Assembly (NCBI GenBank): GCA_015062245.1 | Contig: SUVA01000001.1 | Span: forward strand, 12,856-76,855 | Length of the DNA: 64,000 nt | Direction: 5' to 3' | Origin: Alphaproteobacteria bacterium | GTDB lineage: Bacteria; Pseudomonadota; Alphaproteobacteria; CAAHEQ01; UBA3637 | Part shown: positions 19,720 through 29,954 of the stretch, one piece after another | Layout: each line of letters starts with the position of its first letter | Numbering within the stretch: position 1 is the stretch's first letter | Notes under the pieces: generated by a model | What the model was told of the DNA's origin: nothing | Databases searched by the model: none | What the model saw: the letters and a program-made list of their open reading frames with translations, nothing else | Made by a program: the position numbers and the translations under genes

Positions 19720-21063
19720 TTAAAACTGACCGATAGCACGGTAAAGCTTTGCTTTGGCGGTTAAAACACCGTAAAAAGAAACAGCCAATCCTTGTCGGGC
19801 ATCTGCCAATTGTGCCTGAGCCGTCAGCAAGTTTAAGATACTTTCTTTGCCCGCCTGATAAGATACAAATGTTACACGTTCACTTTCTTTGGCCGATTTC
19901 AAAACTTCACGATTGACTTTATATGAAGAAACGGCTGTTGTATAATCTTGATAGGCCGAAAAAACCTCTTTTTGAATATTTTCTTTGATATCCTGAACAC
20001 TAGCTTCGGCTTTTTGGTATTGGAAGCGTGCCTTTTGAACACCATAGGTTGTTTTAAAGCCGTCAAAAATCGGCACATTTAAAGACAGACCGGCATTGGC
20101 CGACATTTGATAGGGACGACTATCCTGCCATGAATCATTATAGCCGGCCGAACCTTTGGCCGAAATAGTAGGATAATGGCCGGATTTGGCAATGTCTATA
20201 CCATAACGGGCGGCTTGCTGTGAAGCAAGAGCGCTTTTCATTTCAGGGCGCAATTGAACGGCTGTTTCCATCATCTGCTGAATAGTCATATCGGTTTGCA
20301 ATTTTGTAATATCGTCATCTTTATCCCTTTGGGGCAAAACCAAATTAAACTTGGTATCGGCCGGCAAATTCAACAATGTGGCCAAAGTCGCCGCCGATTT
20401 TTCAATAGCATTTTGCGCCTGTAAAACAGCCAACTCTGATTTTTGATAGGTTGTTTGCGCCAACAATTTATCGCTTAAAGAAACCATCCCCAATTGATAA
20501 CGCTTGGACGTTTCTTCATATGATTTTTTATAGGATTTAACCGATTCTTGGGCCGATTTTAAAACTTCCTGATTGGACAGCAAATCAAAATAAGCCTGAT
20601 TGACATTTAAAACCAATTCCTGCAAAGAGGCATTATAGGTAAAAGATTCCGATTCCAAATAAGCACGCATTTGATCGGTGGTGGCCCCACGGCGACCAAA
20701 ATCATAAATCAACCAACCGATACCGACATTGGCCGAATAAGGGTTAGATTTTTCCGTTTTATCGTCATCTTGATTTTTATTAAAGTTTTTTTCGGCACCG
20801 GCCGAAGCACTGACAGTGGGCAGATATTCCGATTTTGTGGCGCCTAAATCGGCCTCACGTGATTTAACCGACATAAAATCACGATTCAACGCCGGATTAT
20901 TACAAATGGCAATTTGAATTAAATTGGCCAAATCCACTTCTTTATTCATATCCAAATCGGATACACAGCCTTCGGGGGCATTTTGCGAATACACGGAAAA
21001 CGGATCCATCGCAAAGGCCGAAGCGGACAACATCAAAGAAAAAATTAAAATTTTAAACCGCAT
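19720..21063 (-). CDS. TolC-family outer-membrane efflux channel
   Basis: 447 aa with signal peptide; two OEP-repeat halves with coiled-coil segments. Confidence 0.8.
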   Translation of the reverse strand: MRFKILIFSLMLSASAFAMDPFSVYSQNAPEGCVSDLDMNKEVDLANLIQIAICNNPALNRDFMSVKSREADLGATKSEYLPTVSASAGAEKNFNKNQDDDKTEKSNPYSANVGIGWLIYDFGRRGATTDQMRAYLESESFTYNASLQELVLNVNQAYFDLLSNQEVLKSAQESVKSYKKSYEETSKRYQLGMVSLSDKLLAQTTYQKSELAVLQAQNAIEKSAATLATLLNLPADTKFNLVLPQRDKDDDITKLQTDMTIQQMMETAVQLRPEMKSALASQQAARYGIDIAKSGHYPTISAKGSAGYNDSWQDSRPYQMSANAGLSLNVPIFDGFKTTYGVQKARFQYQKAEASVQDIKENIQKEVFSAYQDYTTAVSSYKVNREVLKSAKESERVTFVSYQAGKESILNLLTAQAQLADARQGLAVSFYGVLTAKAKLYRAIGQF

Positions 21064-21199
21064 TTTCCCCTCTTTTTTTTACCAGTTTAGATAAAAATAA
21101 ATTTTTTTTCAACAATAAAATACCATACTTTCCGACAATTGAAAAATTATTTTTTAAAAGCCAGATAAAAAGTGTTACATAAAAAAGGGGGATAAATCC

Positions 21200-21376
21200 A
21201 TGAAAGATAAAAGCAAAGAACAAATCATACGGGAAACAGCCTATTATATGTGGCTGGATGCCGGCAAACCCATGGGGCAACCGGATGCGTTTTGGTATCA
21301 GGCCATTGTCAAAGTCAATGACAAACCCAAAAAGAATATGAAAGCATTAAAACAAAGACGTAGCCGTTCCCGATAG
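21200..21376 (+). CDS. DUF2934-family small protein (58 aa; not in the ORF track because it is under 60 aa)
   Basis: In-frame ORF MKDKSKEQIIRETAYYMWLDAGKPMGQPDAFWYQAIVKV...; RBS AAGGGGGA 8 nt upstream; matches the DUF2934 core (I-R-E-x-AY-x-W-x-x-G-x-P-x-G). Confidence 0.5.
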   Translation: MKDKSKEQIIRETAYYMWLDAGKPMGQPDAFWYQAIVKVNDKPKKNMKALKQRRSRSR

Positions 21377-21391
21377 TTTTTATTCATTTTA

Positions 21392-21418
21392 AAAGCCCCG
21401 AAAATCGGGGCTTTTTGT
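21392..21418. terminator. Bidirectional terminator (DUF2934 gene / rne)
   Basis: AGCCCCG-AAAAT-CGGGGCT hairpin plus T-run. Confidence 0.6.
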
Positions 21419-23350
21419 TTATCCCATCAAACGGTTCCACCATCCGCCTTTTTTGGGGGCTTCGGGTTGTTTTTCCTCTTTAACCTCAACTTTGACCTCA
21501 GCAGGTTTATTCTGCTTGACGGATTTTTCTTTTGGCGATTTTTCTTCATTCAAATTGGCACTTTCAACCACTTTGAATTTTTCTTCGCCTTTGTTGTTTT
21601 GGTTATTGCCACGATGACGATGGCGTTTATGATGATTTTGATTGTTTTGTTCTTCTTTGGGTTGTTCGGGCAACACCACCGGTTCAATTTTGAATTTCGG
21701 CATAGGGGCCGGTTGGACAATAACTTTCACACCGTCCGCACGCAAATATTCCATTTTAGAATCATCCAAACGAATCATTGTGGCATCGGCCAAAACATGA
21801 ACTTCTATACCATATTGGGCTTCCACCGCTGTCAAATAAGAACGTTTTTGATTCAAAATATAAGACGCCACCTCGGGATTGACCGTTAAAAACAAGCTTG
21901 TTTTTCCCAAACGGGCCCCGGCTTCTTCCATCAAACGAATACAGTGCGTCGCACACGATTCCACCGAACGTATAACACCTTTACCACGACAACAAGGACA
22001 CGGATGATAGCTGGATTCCAAAAAGCTGGAATGCAAACGTTGGCGTGACATTTCAATCAAACCAAAACCGGACATACGGCCCACTTGAATACGGGCACGG
22101 TCTTTACGCAAAACCTCCTTTAACCGGCGTTCCACAGCGGCATTGTTTTTGGGTTCATCCATATCAATAAAATCAATCACAATCAAACCGGCCATATCAC
22201 GCAAACGCAACTGACGAGCCAATTCATCACAGGTTTCCAAATTGGTGCGCAAGGCGGTTTCTTCTATGTTGTGTTCACGTGTGGAACGCCCTGAGTTCAC
22301 ATCCACAGCCACCAAAGCTTCCGTTTGATCAATCACCAAATAACCGCCCGAAGGTAATTGGGCAATGTTATTGTGAATGGATTCCAATTGAGCTTCCACC
22401 TGATATTCTTGGAACAAAGTTTTTTTGCCTTTATATTGTTTGACTTTTTTCACATGGGTCGGCATCAACAATTTTACAAAATCACGGGCGGATTTAAAAA
22501 CATTGTTTCCGTCAATTAAAATTTCATCAATATCCGGTGTAAAAACATCACGCAAAGAACGTTTGATGATATCGCCTTCTTGATGAATCAATTTCGGGGC
22601 AATGGATTTTAATGTCAATTCACGGATATTGTTCCATGTTTTCATTAAATAATCCACGTCACGTTTGATTTCCGTTTTTGTTTTACCCAAACCGGCCGTG
22701 CGGATAATCACACTCATCCCTTCGGGAATGTTTAACTTATCCAAAATGGCACGCAATGCTTTGCGATCTTTTTGATTGGAAATTTTGCGTGAAATACCCG
22801 AGCCATGATGATTGTTGGGCATTAAAACCGAACAACGACCCGCCAAAGAAATATAAGTTGTCATGGCGGCCCCTTTGTTGCCACGTTCTTCTTTAACCAC
22901 TTGCAACAACATCACTTGACCGGCATGAATAACTTCCTGAATTTTATATTTTTTCAGCATGTGGGGACGCAGGCGTAAATTTTCTTCCGCTTCATGCACC
23001 ACTTCCACATCCGAAGCGCTTTCCTTTTGCGGTTGGACAACTTCATTTTCATCCGACTTGTTGGCCTCTAACATTTGCTTTTTCAATTCTTCACGATCGG
23101 CCACAGGAATTTGGTAATAATCCGGATTGATTTCGCCAAAGGCCAAAAAGCCATGACGGTTTCCGCCATATTCCACAAAGCAAGCCTGCAAAGACGGTTC
23201 AACCCGCACAACCTTTGCCAGATAGATATTTCCTTTTATTTGTTTTTTGTTTTGAGTATCAACGTCCAGTTCTTCTACACGTCCATTCTCCAACACGACG
23301 ACGCGTGTTTCTTCGGGATGCACTGCATCGATAAGCATTTTTTTTGACAT
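21419..23350 (-). CDS. rne: Ribonuclease E (short alphaproteobacterial type)
   Basis: N-terminal S1 domain with a roughly 100-aa insertion, as in alphaproteobacterial RNase E; DNase I-like and Zn-link (CPCCRGKG) regions; basic K/E-rich C-terminal tail; 228-bp 5' leader. Confidence 0.85.
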   Translation of the reverse strand: MSKKMLIDAVHPEETRVVVLENGRVEELDVDTQNKKQIKGNIYLAKVVRVEPSLQACFVEYGGNRHGFLAFGEINPDYYQIPVADREELKKQMLEANKSDENEVVQPQKESASDVEVVHEAEENLRLRPHMLKKYKIQEVIHAGQVMLLQVVKEERGNKGAAMTTYISLAGRCSVLMPNNHHGSGISRKISNQKDRKALRAILDKLNIPEGMSVIIRTAGLGKTKTEIKRDVDYLMKTWNNIRELTLKSIAPKLIHQEGDIIKRSLRDVFTPDIDEILIDGNNVFKSARDFVKLLMPTHVKKVKQYKGKKTLFQEYQVEAQLESIHNNIAQLPSGGYLVIDQTEALVAVDVNSGRSTREHNIEETALRTNLETCDELARQLRLRDMAGLIVIDFIDMDEPKNNAAVERRLKEVLRKDRARIQVGRMSGFGLIEMSRQRLHSSFLESSYHPCPCCRGKGVIRSVESCATHCIRLMEEAGARLGKTSLFLTVNPEVASYILNQKRSYLTAVEAQYGIEVHVLADATMIRLDDSKMEYLRADGVKVIVQPAPMPKFKIEPVVLPEQPKEEQNNQNHHKRHRHRGNNQNNKGEEKFKVVESANLNEEKSPKEKSVKQNKPAEVKVEVKEEKQPEAPKKGGWWNRLMG

Positions 23351-23578
23351 AAATAATTCTCCAATTTATAAGGCTTGAACACCTTTCTTTGTTTAACCAT
23401 CAATGAACACAGGCCAAGCATGGTCAGCCCCATAAGAACATAAAAATAATTACAATCAAAGTTCATTTTATACATTCCTGTTCATTAAAAAAATTTTTTT
23501 GGGCAATTTTTTAATTGCACTTTTTATTATAACAGGTTATAAATAAATAAGCAAGAAAATTTTACAGGGGAATTTTAA

Positions 23579-24706
23579 ATGCGACTTTTGAAATATCTGT
23601 TATTCATATGTTTTTTTATGATAAACAGTATTTGTTTTGCCCAAACGATCCAAGATATTCGTTTGGCCACCACCCCCAATGACGGGGTACGCTTTGTGGC
23701 TGAATTGGATAAACAGGCCGATGTATCTGTTTCCAAGTTATCCAATCCGCCCCGTTTGGTTTTGGATTTCAAAAAAGCGCAATTTGATGCTCAGGTATTG
23801 CAAAAAAAATGGCCAACGGTCGGTTTTGTCAACGCCTGTCGCACAGGAAACCCTTCCAATCAATTGTCCAGAATCGTTTTGGATTTTCCCGACAACTGCC
23901 AATGGGAAGAAAAACATTTTTCATTGGAACCCCAAAGCGCCAAAAACTGGCGTTTCGTGGTGGATTTAAAACAAACAAATTCTTCAAAAACACAAACAAA
24001 GACCTCAACAAACACTCAAACAGTTAAAAAGAAAAAAATCATTGTATTGGATCCCGGTCATGGCGGGCGGGACCCCGGTGCTATATCCAGATCGGGAAAA
24101 TACGAAAAAGATTTGGTGTTAAAAATGGCCAAAGAAACAAAAGAGTTTTTGGAAAAAGCCGGTTATAAAGTTGTTTTAACACGCAGTAAAGATGTTTTTA
24201 TCTCTTTACGGGGGCGCATTAAAAAAGCCCATGAAGCCAACGGTGATTTATTCATATCCATTCATGCGGACAGCGCCAAAAATTCATCAGCAAAAGGATT
24301 ATCTATTTACACTATTTCTGAAAAAGCATCCGACAAAGAGGCAGAGGCTTTGGCCGAGCGGGAAAACAAAGCCGATATTTTATACGGCATGGATTTGGGT
24401 GATTATCAACAAGAAGTCAGCGATATCTTAATTGATTTGGCCAAAACGGATACCATGAATAAATCTTCCCAATATGCCGATAATGTTGTCAAAGAAATGA
24501 AAAAGAAAATTCAATTATTACCTAATGCGCATCGTTTTGCCGGCTTTGTGGTTTTAAAATCCCCCAACATTCCGTCTGTTTTATTGGAAATGGGTTATTT
24601 ATCCAATCGGGGCGAAGAAAAATTGATGTGGCAAAAATCATATCGCAACAAACTGTCCAAAGCATTGGTGGATGCTGTTGATAAATATTTTAAAGATAAT
24701 CCTTAA
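23579..24706 (+). CDS. amiC: N-acetylmuramoyl-L-alanine amidase (AmiC-like: AMIN domain + Amidase_3)
   Basis: Signal peptide; N-terminal AMIN-like domain; catalytic IVLDPGHGGRDPGA ... E ... H motifs. Confidence 0.8.
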   Translation: MRLLKYLLFICFFMINSICFAQTIQDIRLATTPNDGVRFVAELDKQADVSVSKLSNPPRLVLDFKKAQFDAQVLQKKWPTVGFVNACRTGNPSNQLSRIVLDFPDNCQWEEKHFSLEPQSAKNWRFVVDLKQTNSSKTQTKTSTNTQTVKKKKIIVLDPGHGGRDPGAISRSGKYEKDLVLKMAKETKEFLEKAGYKVVLTRSKDVFISLRGRIKKAHEANGDLFISIHADSAKNSSAKGLSIYTISEKASDKEAEALAERENKADILYGMDLGDYQQEVSDILIDLAKTDTMNKSSQYADNVVKEMKKKIQLLPNAHRFAGFVVLKSPNIPSVLLEMGYLSNRGEEKLMWQKSYRNKLSKALVDAVDKYFKDNP

Positions 24707-24966
24707 CGGCCCATTGCATGGGTTAAAATTTCCAAAGCCATTTTTTCATTGACATCACTTTCACCTTGGTGATTTTCATCTTCCGTTAAAATTTTAATAC
24801 CCTCACCGGCCATAGATTTGCCCATTTTTTTCACAATACCGGAGGTAACAGCTTGACCCGCCACCGGCATCAAGGTATTTAAAGCCACACCCATCATCGC
24901 CCCTTGAACAGAGGCGATTTCCAATCGGTCTGTCATCGTTTCTTTGGATTGTTTTTTATGTTCCAT
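24703..24966 (-). CDS. Small hypothetical protein (87 aa)
   Basis: Start at 24966 with strong RBS TAAGGAGG; Gly/Ala/Met-rich central segment. Confidence 0.4.
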   Translation of the reverse strand: MEHKKQSKETMTDRLEIASVQGAMMGVALNTLMPVAGQAVTSGIVKKMGKSMAGEGIKILTEDENHQGESDVNEKMALEILTHAMGR

Positions 24967-25059
24967 GTTCGCCTCCTTACATATATTATACCACAATTTT
25001 GAAATTTGTCATAAAAAACTTTCTTTTTGGCAAAAAATATGATAAAATAAGACTGTTAT

Positions 25060-25365
25060 CTGATGATAACTATGATACTAAACGGCAAGTGGAATAGATG
25101 TTGTGGACTCGGGGGCAGTACCCGACGCCTCCACCAAAAAAATTATGGGGGCGACACAGATTCGACACGCATAGTAAAGATTTGACCTTGTATCCGGTAT
25201 GGTAGCACCGTTATCGCGCTGAAAAAAATAGATGCAAACGATAATTTTGCACCTGTTGCAATGGCCGCCTAATTTAGGCGTCTGATGTGACGAATGATTC
25301 TGAAACTATTTGTACGTTTCAGTGGGGTTTGGGGTGAACCTAGCAACAGAATCACCCCACTTTTA
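25060..25365 (+). ncRNA. ssrA: tmRNA (ssrA), two-piece circularly permuted form
   Basis: Acceptor piece ends ...TCGGG-GGCAGTA-CCCGA-CGCCTCC-A-CCA at about 25136. Ten nt later the coding piece begins GGGGGCG (pairs with CGCCUCC), then ACACAGATTCGACA. Tag reading frame GCA AAC GAT AAT TTT GCA CCT GTT GCA ATG GCC GCC TAA (ANDNFAPVAMAA*) at 25234..25272; terminal hairpin GTGGGGT...ACCCCAC plus TTTT at about 25322..25364. Ends approximate. Confidence 0.75.
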
Positions 25366-25523
25366 TGTTTAAAATCAACAAGTTATAAAAAAAATAAAAA
25401 AAACTTGCACGTTGCACCGTTTTATGCTAGACTACATATCGTTCGTTCCCAAAACGGGAACCTGTTAAATTAAACAAACCGCCTTTAATTGAAAGGTTCA
25501 AGGCGATTAAGAAAGGAAGTAAA

Positions 25524-25763
25524 ATGACAGACAACAATGTAGCTGAACGTGTAAAAAAGATTATCGTTGAACATTTGGGTGTGGAAGCTGACAAAGTCCA
25601 AGATGGCGCCAGCTTTATCGATGATCTGGGTGCTGACAGCTTGGATACAGTTGAACTCGTAATGGCTTTTGAAGAAGAGTTCGGTTGTTCCATTCCAGAT
25701 GATGCAGCGGAAAAAATTCGCACGGTAAAAGATGCAGTTGACTTTATTGCAAAGCAAGTTTAA
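25524..25763 (+). CDS. acpP: Acyl carrier protein
   Basis: [20 protein letters not shown] phosphopantetheine attachment motif. Confidence 0.9.
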   Translation: MTDNNVAERVKKIIVEHLGVEADKVQDGASFIDDLGADSLDTVELVMAFEEEFGCSIPDDAAEKIRTVKDAVDFIAKQV

Positions 25764-25784
25764 TTGACAACTTTTTCATTTCAT

Positions 25785-25834
25785 AAAGCGTTTTTGGCTC
25801 TTTGCATTTCATAAGAACCTTAAACGCTTTTTTT
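25785..25834 (+). terminator. acpP-fabF intergenic hairpin / partial terminator
   Basis: AAAGCGTTT ... AAACGCTTT arms followed by T7. Confidence 0.4.
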
Positions 25835-25849
25835 ATCAGGAGTTTTAAT

Positions 25850-27091
25850 ATGCGACGGGTTGTTATAACTGGTTTGGGGTGTGTATCCCCTTTGGGATGC
25901 GGAATTGAAAAAAACTTATCGGCCTTGAAAAACGGTGTTTCGGGCATCCGAAAGATTGACCGTTTTGATACATCGGATTTATCCGTTAAAATTGCCGGTC
26001 AAATTCCCATGGGAAAAAATGACGGAGATTTGGATTTAGATACCGTTGCTTCCCCTAAAGAACAACGCCATTATGACAATGTCGCTTTGTATGCTTTTGC
26101 CGCCGCCAAACAGGCCATGGATGATTGCGGATTCATCCCACAAACCGAGGACGAAAAAAATGCCTTTGGCGTTTATTTTGGTTCAGGACAAGGCGGTGTT
26201 AAAAGTTTTTGCGATGGTATCATCACGGTTGAACAACGTGGTCCATCACGTATTTCGCCCTTTTTTATCCCATCCATTATGATCAATCAGGCCGCCGGAT
26301 TGTTATCCATTAAATACGGATTACAAGGCCCAAATATCGCCGTTTCCACCGCCTGCGCCACAGGAACGCATGCCGTTGGTGAAGCTTATCGTTTAATTAA
26401 AGAGGGCCGTGCTGATATGATGTTGGCCGGCAGCAGTGAAGCCCCGATTTTAAAACCGGCGGTGGCCGGCTTTGGCCAATTAAGAGCTCTGTCCACCCGT
26501 GCTGATGAGCCGGAAAAAGCCTCACGCCCATGGGATAAAAACCGTGACGGTTTTGTTATGTCCGAAGGGGCCGGCGCTTTGATTTTGGAAGAATATAATC
26601 ATGCCGTGGCCAGAGGTGCCAAAATTTATGCCGAAGTAGCCGGCTATGGTATCACAGGCGATGCCTATCACATTACAGCCCCCGGCGGAACAGGCGCTTT
26701 GCGTGCCATGAAAATGGCTTTAAAAGATGCCGATATGCAACCCAAAGACATTGACTATATCAATGCCCACGGCACATCAACCCCAACGGGCGATATTATG
26801 GAATTAAAAGCGGTTAAAGAATTGTTTGATACGGATATTGCCATGTCGTCCACAAAATCCATGACAGGTCATATGCTGGGGGCTTCCGGTTCGGTGGAGG
26901 CTGTATTCAGCGTCTTAGCCATTCAAAACAATTTTATTCCGCCCACCATCAACTTGGAAAATCCGGAAGATGAAGCCGAAGGTATGAATTTAGTGCCCAA
27001 TGTGGCCCAAGAAAAACAAGTCAATGCCGTTTTAAGCAACTCTTTCGGTTTTGGCGGAACAAACGCTTGTTTAATTTTTAAAAAGGTATAA
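25850..27091 (+). CDS. fabF: 3-oxoacyl-[ACP] synthase II
   Basis: Start at 25850 (MRRVVITGLGCVSPLG) with RBS CAGGAG; active-site Cys (VSTACATG) and His motifs. Confidence 0.9.
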   Translation: MRRVVITGLGCVSPLGCGIEKNLSALKNGVSGIRKIDRFDTSDLSVKIAGQIPMGKNDGDLDLDTVASPKEQRHYDNVALYAFAAAKQAMDDCGFIPQTEDEKNAFGVYFGSGQGGVKSFCDGIITVEQRGPSRISPFFIPSIMINQAAGLLSIKYGLQGPNIAVSTACATGTHAVGEAYRLIKEGRADMMLAGSSEAPILKPAVAGFGQLRALSTRADEPEKASRPWDKNRDGFVMSEGAGALILEEYNHAVARGAKIYAEVAGYGITGDAYHITAPGGTGALRAMKMALKDADMQPKDIDYINAHGTSTPTGDIMELKAVKELFDTDIAMSSTKSMTGHMLGASGSVEAVFSVLAIQNNFIPPTINLENPEDEAEGMNLVPNVAQEKQVNAVLSNSFGFGGTNACLIFKKV

Positions 27092-27092
27092 A

Positions 27093-28091
27093 ATGCGTCA
27101 TCGTGTTTTTGTATATTTTTTATTGATTTTTGTGGCTGTTTCCTTGGTGGGGGGCAGTGTTTTATCCACCTATAATCAATTTATTTCAGAAGGACCGCTG
27201 ACCGAACAGCGTGAAATTTTAATTCAATCCGGTGAACCTTTGCGCAAAATTGCCCATCGCCTGCACCAAGAAGGCGTTATCGCCAGCCCGACTGTCTTTG
27301 AATTGGGCGTGCGTGCCATGGGCCATGGAACGGATATCAAAGTGGGCGAATACGCCATTCCCCGCCATGCCAGCATGAAATTGGTGGCCACTTTATTGAC
27401 CAGCGGGCAAACCTATGTGCGCCGTTTGGTGATTCCCGAAGGTTTAACATCATCTCAGGTGGTGGATTCAATGGAAAATATGAAAGGCCTAATGGGACAG
27501 GTTGTTCAAGTCCCAAAGAACGGAACACTATTGCCCGATACCTATCATTATTCCTATGGCGACACAAAAGAAGGGATGTTGCAACGCATGAAAAACGCCA
27601 TGACAACCACTTTGGATGAATTGTGGGCCGGCCGTGATACTTCCATTTCCATAAAAGACAAAAAGCAGGCTTTGGTGATGGCCTCTATCATTGAAAAAGA
27701 AACATCCAAAGACAGCGAACGGGCGCATATTGCATCCGTTTTTTATAATCGGATGAAGCAAGGAATCCGCCTGCAATCCGATCCAACTGTGATTTATGCC
27801 ATTACCAACGGTCAGGTGGAAAACAAAAAGCGTGTGTTTTATGAAGATTTAAAATTCCAAAGCCCTTATAATACTTATGTGATTTACGGATTGCCCCCTT
27901 CACCGATTGCCAATCCGGGGCGGGCATCCATTTATGCCGTTTTACACCCCATGAAAACGGATGATTTATATTTTGTGGCCGATGGCACAGGCGGACATGT
28001 GTTTGCCAAAACATACAAAGAACACCAAAAAAATGTTCAAAAATGGCGCCAGATTATGAAAGCCAACAAAACAAAGCCAATTACTAAATAA
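27093..28091 (+). CDS. mltG: Endolytic murein transglycosylase MltG (YceG-like)
   Basis: N-terminal TM anchor plus YceG-like domain; conserved acpP-fabF-mltG order. Confidence 0.85.
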   Translation: MRHRVFVYFLLIFVAVSLVGGSVLSTYNQFISEGPLTEQREILIQSGEPLRKIAHRLHQEGVIASPTVFELGVRAMGHGTDIKVGEYAIPRHASMKLVATLLTSGQTYVRRLVIPEGLTSSQVVDSMENMKGLMGQVVQVPKNGTLLPDTYHYSYGDTKEGMLQRMKNAMTTTLDELWAGRDTSISIKDKKQALVMASIIEKETSKDSERAHIASVFYNRMKQGIRLQSDPTVIYAITNGQVENKKRVFYEDLKFQSPYNTYVIYGLPPSPIANPGRASIYAVLHPMKTDDLYFVADGTGGHVFAKTYKEHQKNVQKWRQIMKANKTKPITK

Positions 28092-28152
28092 GGGCTCCAC
28101 TCAGATATAGAAATCCGATAATCAATGATGAAACGTTGAAGTATGAATAAAA

Positions 28153-28177
28153 AATCCCCCACACAAGGCGGGGGATT
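28153..28177 (-). terminator. Rho-independent terminator of the hydCBA operon
   Basis: AATCCCCC-loop-GGGGGATT hairpin followed on the minus strand by TTTTTT. Confidence 0.55.
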
Positions 28178-28184
28178 GTCTGTT

Positions 28185-29942
28185 TTACTTCTTATATAAC
28201 GGACGGGGTTGATAACTTGTATGCAACAAGTGGTGCGACCGTTCGGACAAAGGCTTACCCAAAAATTCGTCATATAATTTCTTTACATCCGGATTTTGGT
28301 GTGAGCAACGTTGTTTTGACCCACGATCATCCTGCATCAAACCGGCCATACGGGCCTGACGGATTTCGTCTGTCACACCCAAAGGCTGACCGCCACCACC
28401 GACACAACCGCCATCACAGGCCATCACCTCAATAAAGTGATAGGGCGGTTCTTCGCCTTTTTGTTCGGCTTCACGGACTTTTTCCAACAACGCCTGAACA
28501 TGGCCGATACCATGGGCAACGGCAATGCGGACTTCTTTACCCGCTAAATTCAAGGTCATTTCTTTAATACCTTTATCCAAGCCCAAAATCGGTTTGATTT
28601 CCAAAGCGTCTTCGGGCATTTCTTCACCCGTCACAACGGCATGAACGGTACGCAAAGCAGCCTCCATCACGCCACCTGTGAAACCAAAGACCGTGGCAGC
28701 CCCCGTATAAGAACCCAAGGGGCTGTCGGCCTGTTCTTCGGGCAGATTGACAAAGTCAATGCCGGCCTGTTTAATCATGCGGGCCAATTCTCGGGTGGTC
28801 AAAGACACATCCACATCTTGAAAGCCCGAGGAGAACATTTCTTCCGAACGCAGGATTTCAAATTTCTTCGCCGTACAGGGCATAATTGAAATCACACGCA
28901 TATTTTTGGCTTCCACACCGATTTTATCGGCATAGTAGGTCTTGCTTAAAGCACCCACAATTTCGTGCGGGGATTTGCAAGATGAAAAGTGCGGAATCAT
29001 ATCGCTATAGTATTTTTCCATATAATCCACCCATGCCGGACAGCAGGATGTAATCATCGGTAAAACACCTTTACCATTTACAAAGCGTTCAATAAATTCC
29101 GTGCCTTCTTCCATAATAGTGACATCTGCCCCAAAGTTGGTATCAAACACGGCATTAAAGCCCAAACGGCGCAAGGCGGCATATAACTTACCCGTTGTGA
29201 TTTCCCCCGGTTTATAGCCAAAGGCTTCACCGATAGCCACACGAACGGCTGGTGCAATTTGAACCACACAGTATTTGTCTTTATCCTGCAACATATTCCA
29301 CACATATTGTGTGTCATCACGTTCGGTTAAAGCCCCAGTCGGACAGTGGGCTGTACATTGACCGCACTTGATACAGGGGCTATTGCCCAATTTTTCATCC
29401 GCCGCCGGTGAAATATGTGTATTGATACCACGTTTTAACATGGACAAAGCCCACACATTTTGGGTGTTTTGACAAACTTCCACACAGCGACCGCAAAGGA
29501 TACATTTGCGCGGATCCAACACGATACTTTTGGTGGAATCATCCACGGGCAATTCTTCCTTGGTGGGTGTAATATCGGCAAATTCCGTATCACGAATACC
29601 AAAGTCGGCCGATAATTTTCTCAATTCGCAGGTATCGTTTTTCAAACAGGTCAAACATTCGTTCGGATGTTTGCTGAGTGTCAGTTTCAATACTGTGCGA
29701 CGAGCCTCAATAATATCGGGATCACGGGTAATGACTTCCATCCCTTCGGCAACCGGCGTACAACAAGAACGCACCATACGGCCATTGGATTTGACAATAC
29801 AAATACCACAGGCAGCAGTCGGAGGTAAATCCGGATGATGACACAGTGTCGGGATTTTAATTTGAACGGATTTGGCTGCATCCAAAATGGTTGTACCGGC
29901 CGGCACTTCCACGGTTTGAGAATCAATTGTTAATTTTACCAT
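28185..29942 (-). CDS. hydA: [FeFe]-hydrogenase catalytic subunit HydA (M3-type with N-terminal 2Fe-2S and three 4Fe-4S accessory clusters)
   Basis: H-cluster signatures L1 ITSCCPAWV, L2 MPCTAKKFE, L3 EVMACDGGCVGGGGQP; N-terminal CxxxxxxxxxxCxxC 2Fe-2S, H/C-ligated cluster (HPNECLTCLKNDTC), CILCGRCVEVC and CIKCGQCTAHCP ferredoxin motifs. Confidence 0.85.
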   Translation of the reverse strand: MVKLTIDSQTVEVPAGTTILDAAKSVQIKIPTLCHHPDLPPTAACGICIVKSNGRMVRSCCTPVAEGMEVITRDPDIIEARRTVLKLTLSKHPNECLTCLKNDTCELRKLSADFGIRDTEFADITPTKEELPVDDSTKSIVLDPRKCILCGRCVEVCQNTQNVWALSMLKRGINTHISPAADEKLGNSPCIKCGQCTAHCPTGALTERDDTQYVWNMLQDKDKYCVVQIAPAVRVAIGEAFGYKPGEITTGKLYAALRRLGFNAVFDTNFGADVTIMEEGTEFIERFVNGKGVLPMITSCCPAWVDYMEKYYSDMIPHFSSCKSPHEIVGALSKTYYADKIGVEAKNMRVISIMPCTAKKFEILRSEEMFSSGFQDVDVSLTTRELARMIKQAGIDFVNLPEEQADSPLGSYTGAATVFGFTGGVMEAALRTVHAVVTGEEMPEDALEIKPILGLDKGIKEMTLNLAGKEVRIAVAHGIGHVQALLEKVREAEQKGEEPPYHFIEVMACDGGCVGGGGQPLGVTDEIRQARMAGLMQDDRGSKQRCSHQNPDVKKLYDEFLGKPLSERSHHLLHTSYQPRPLYKK

Positions 29943-29954
29943 CGTTTTATTTCC

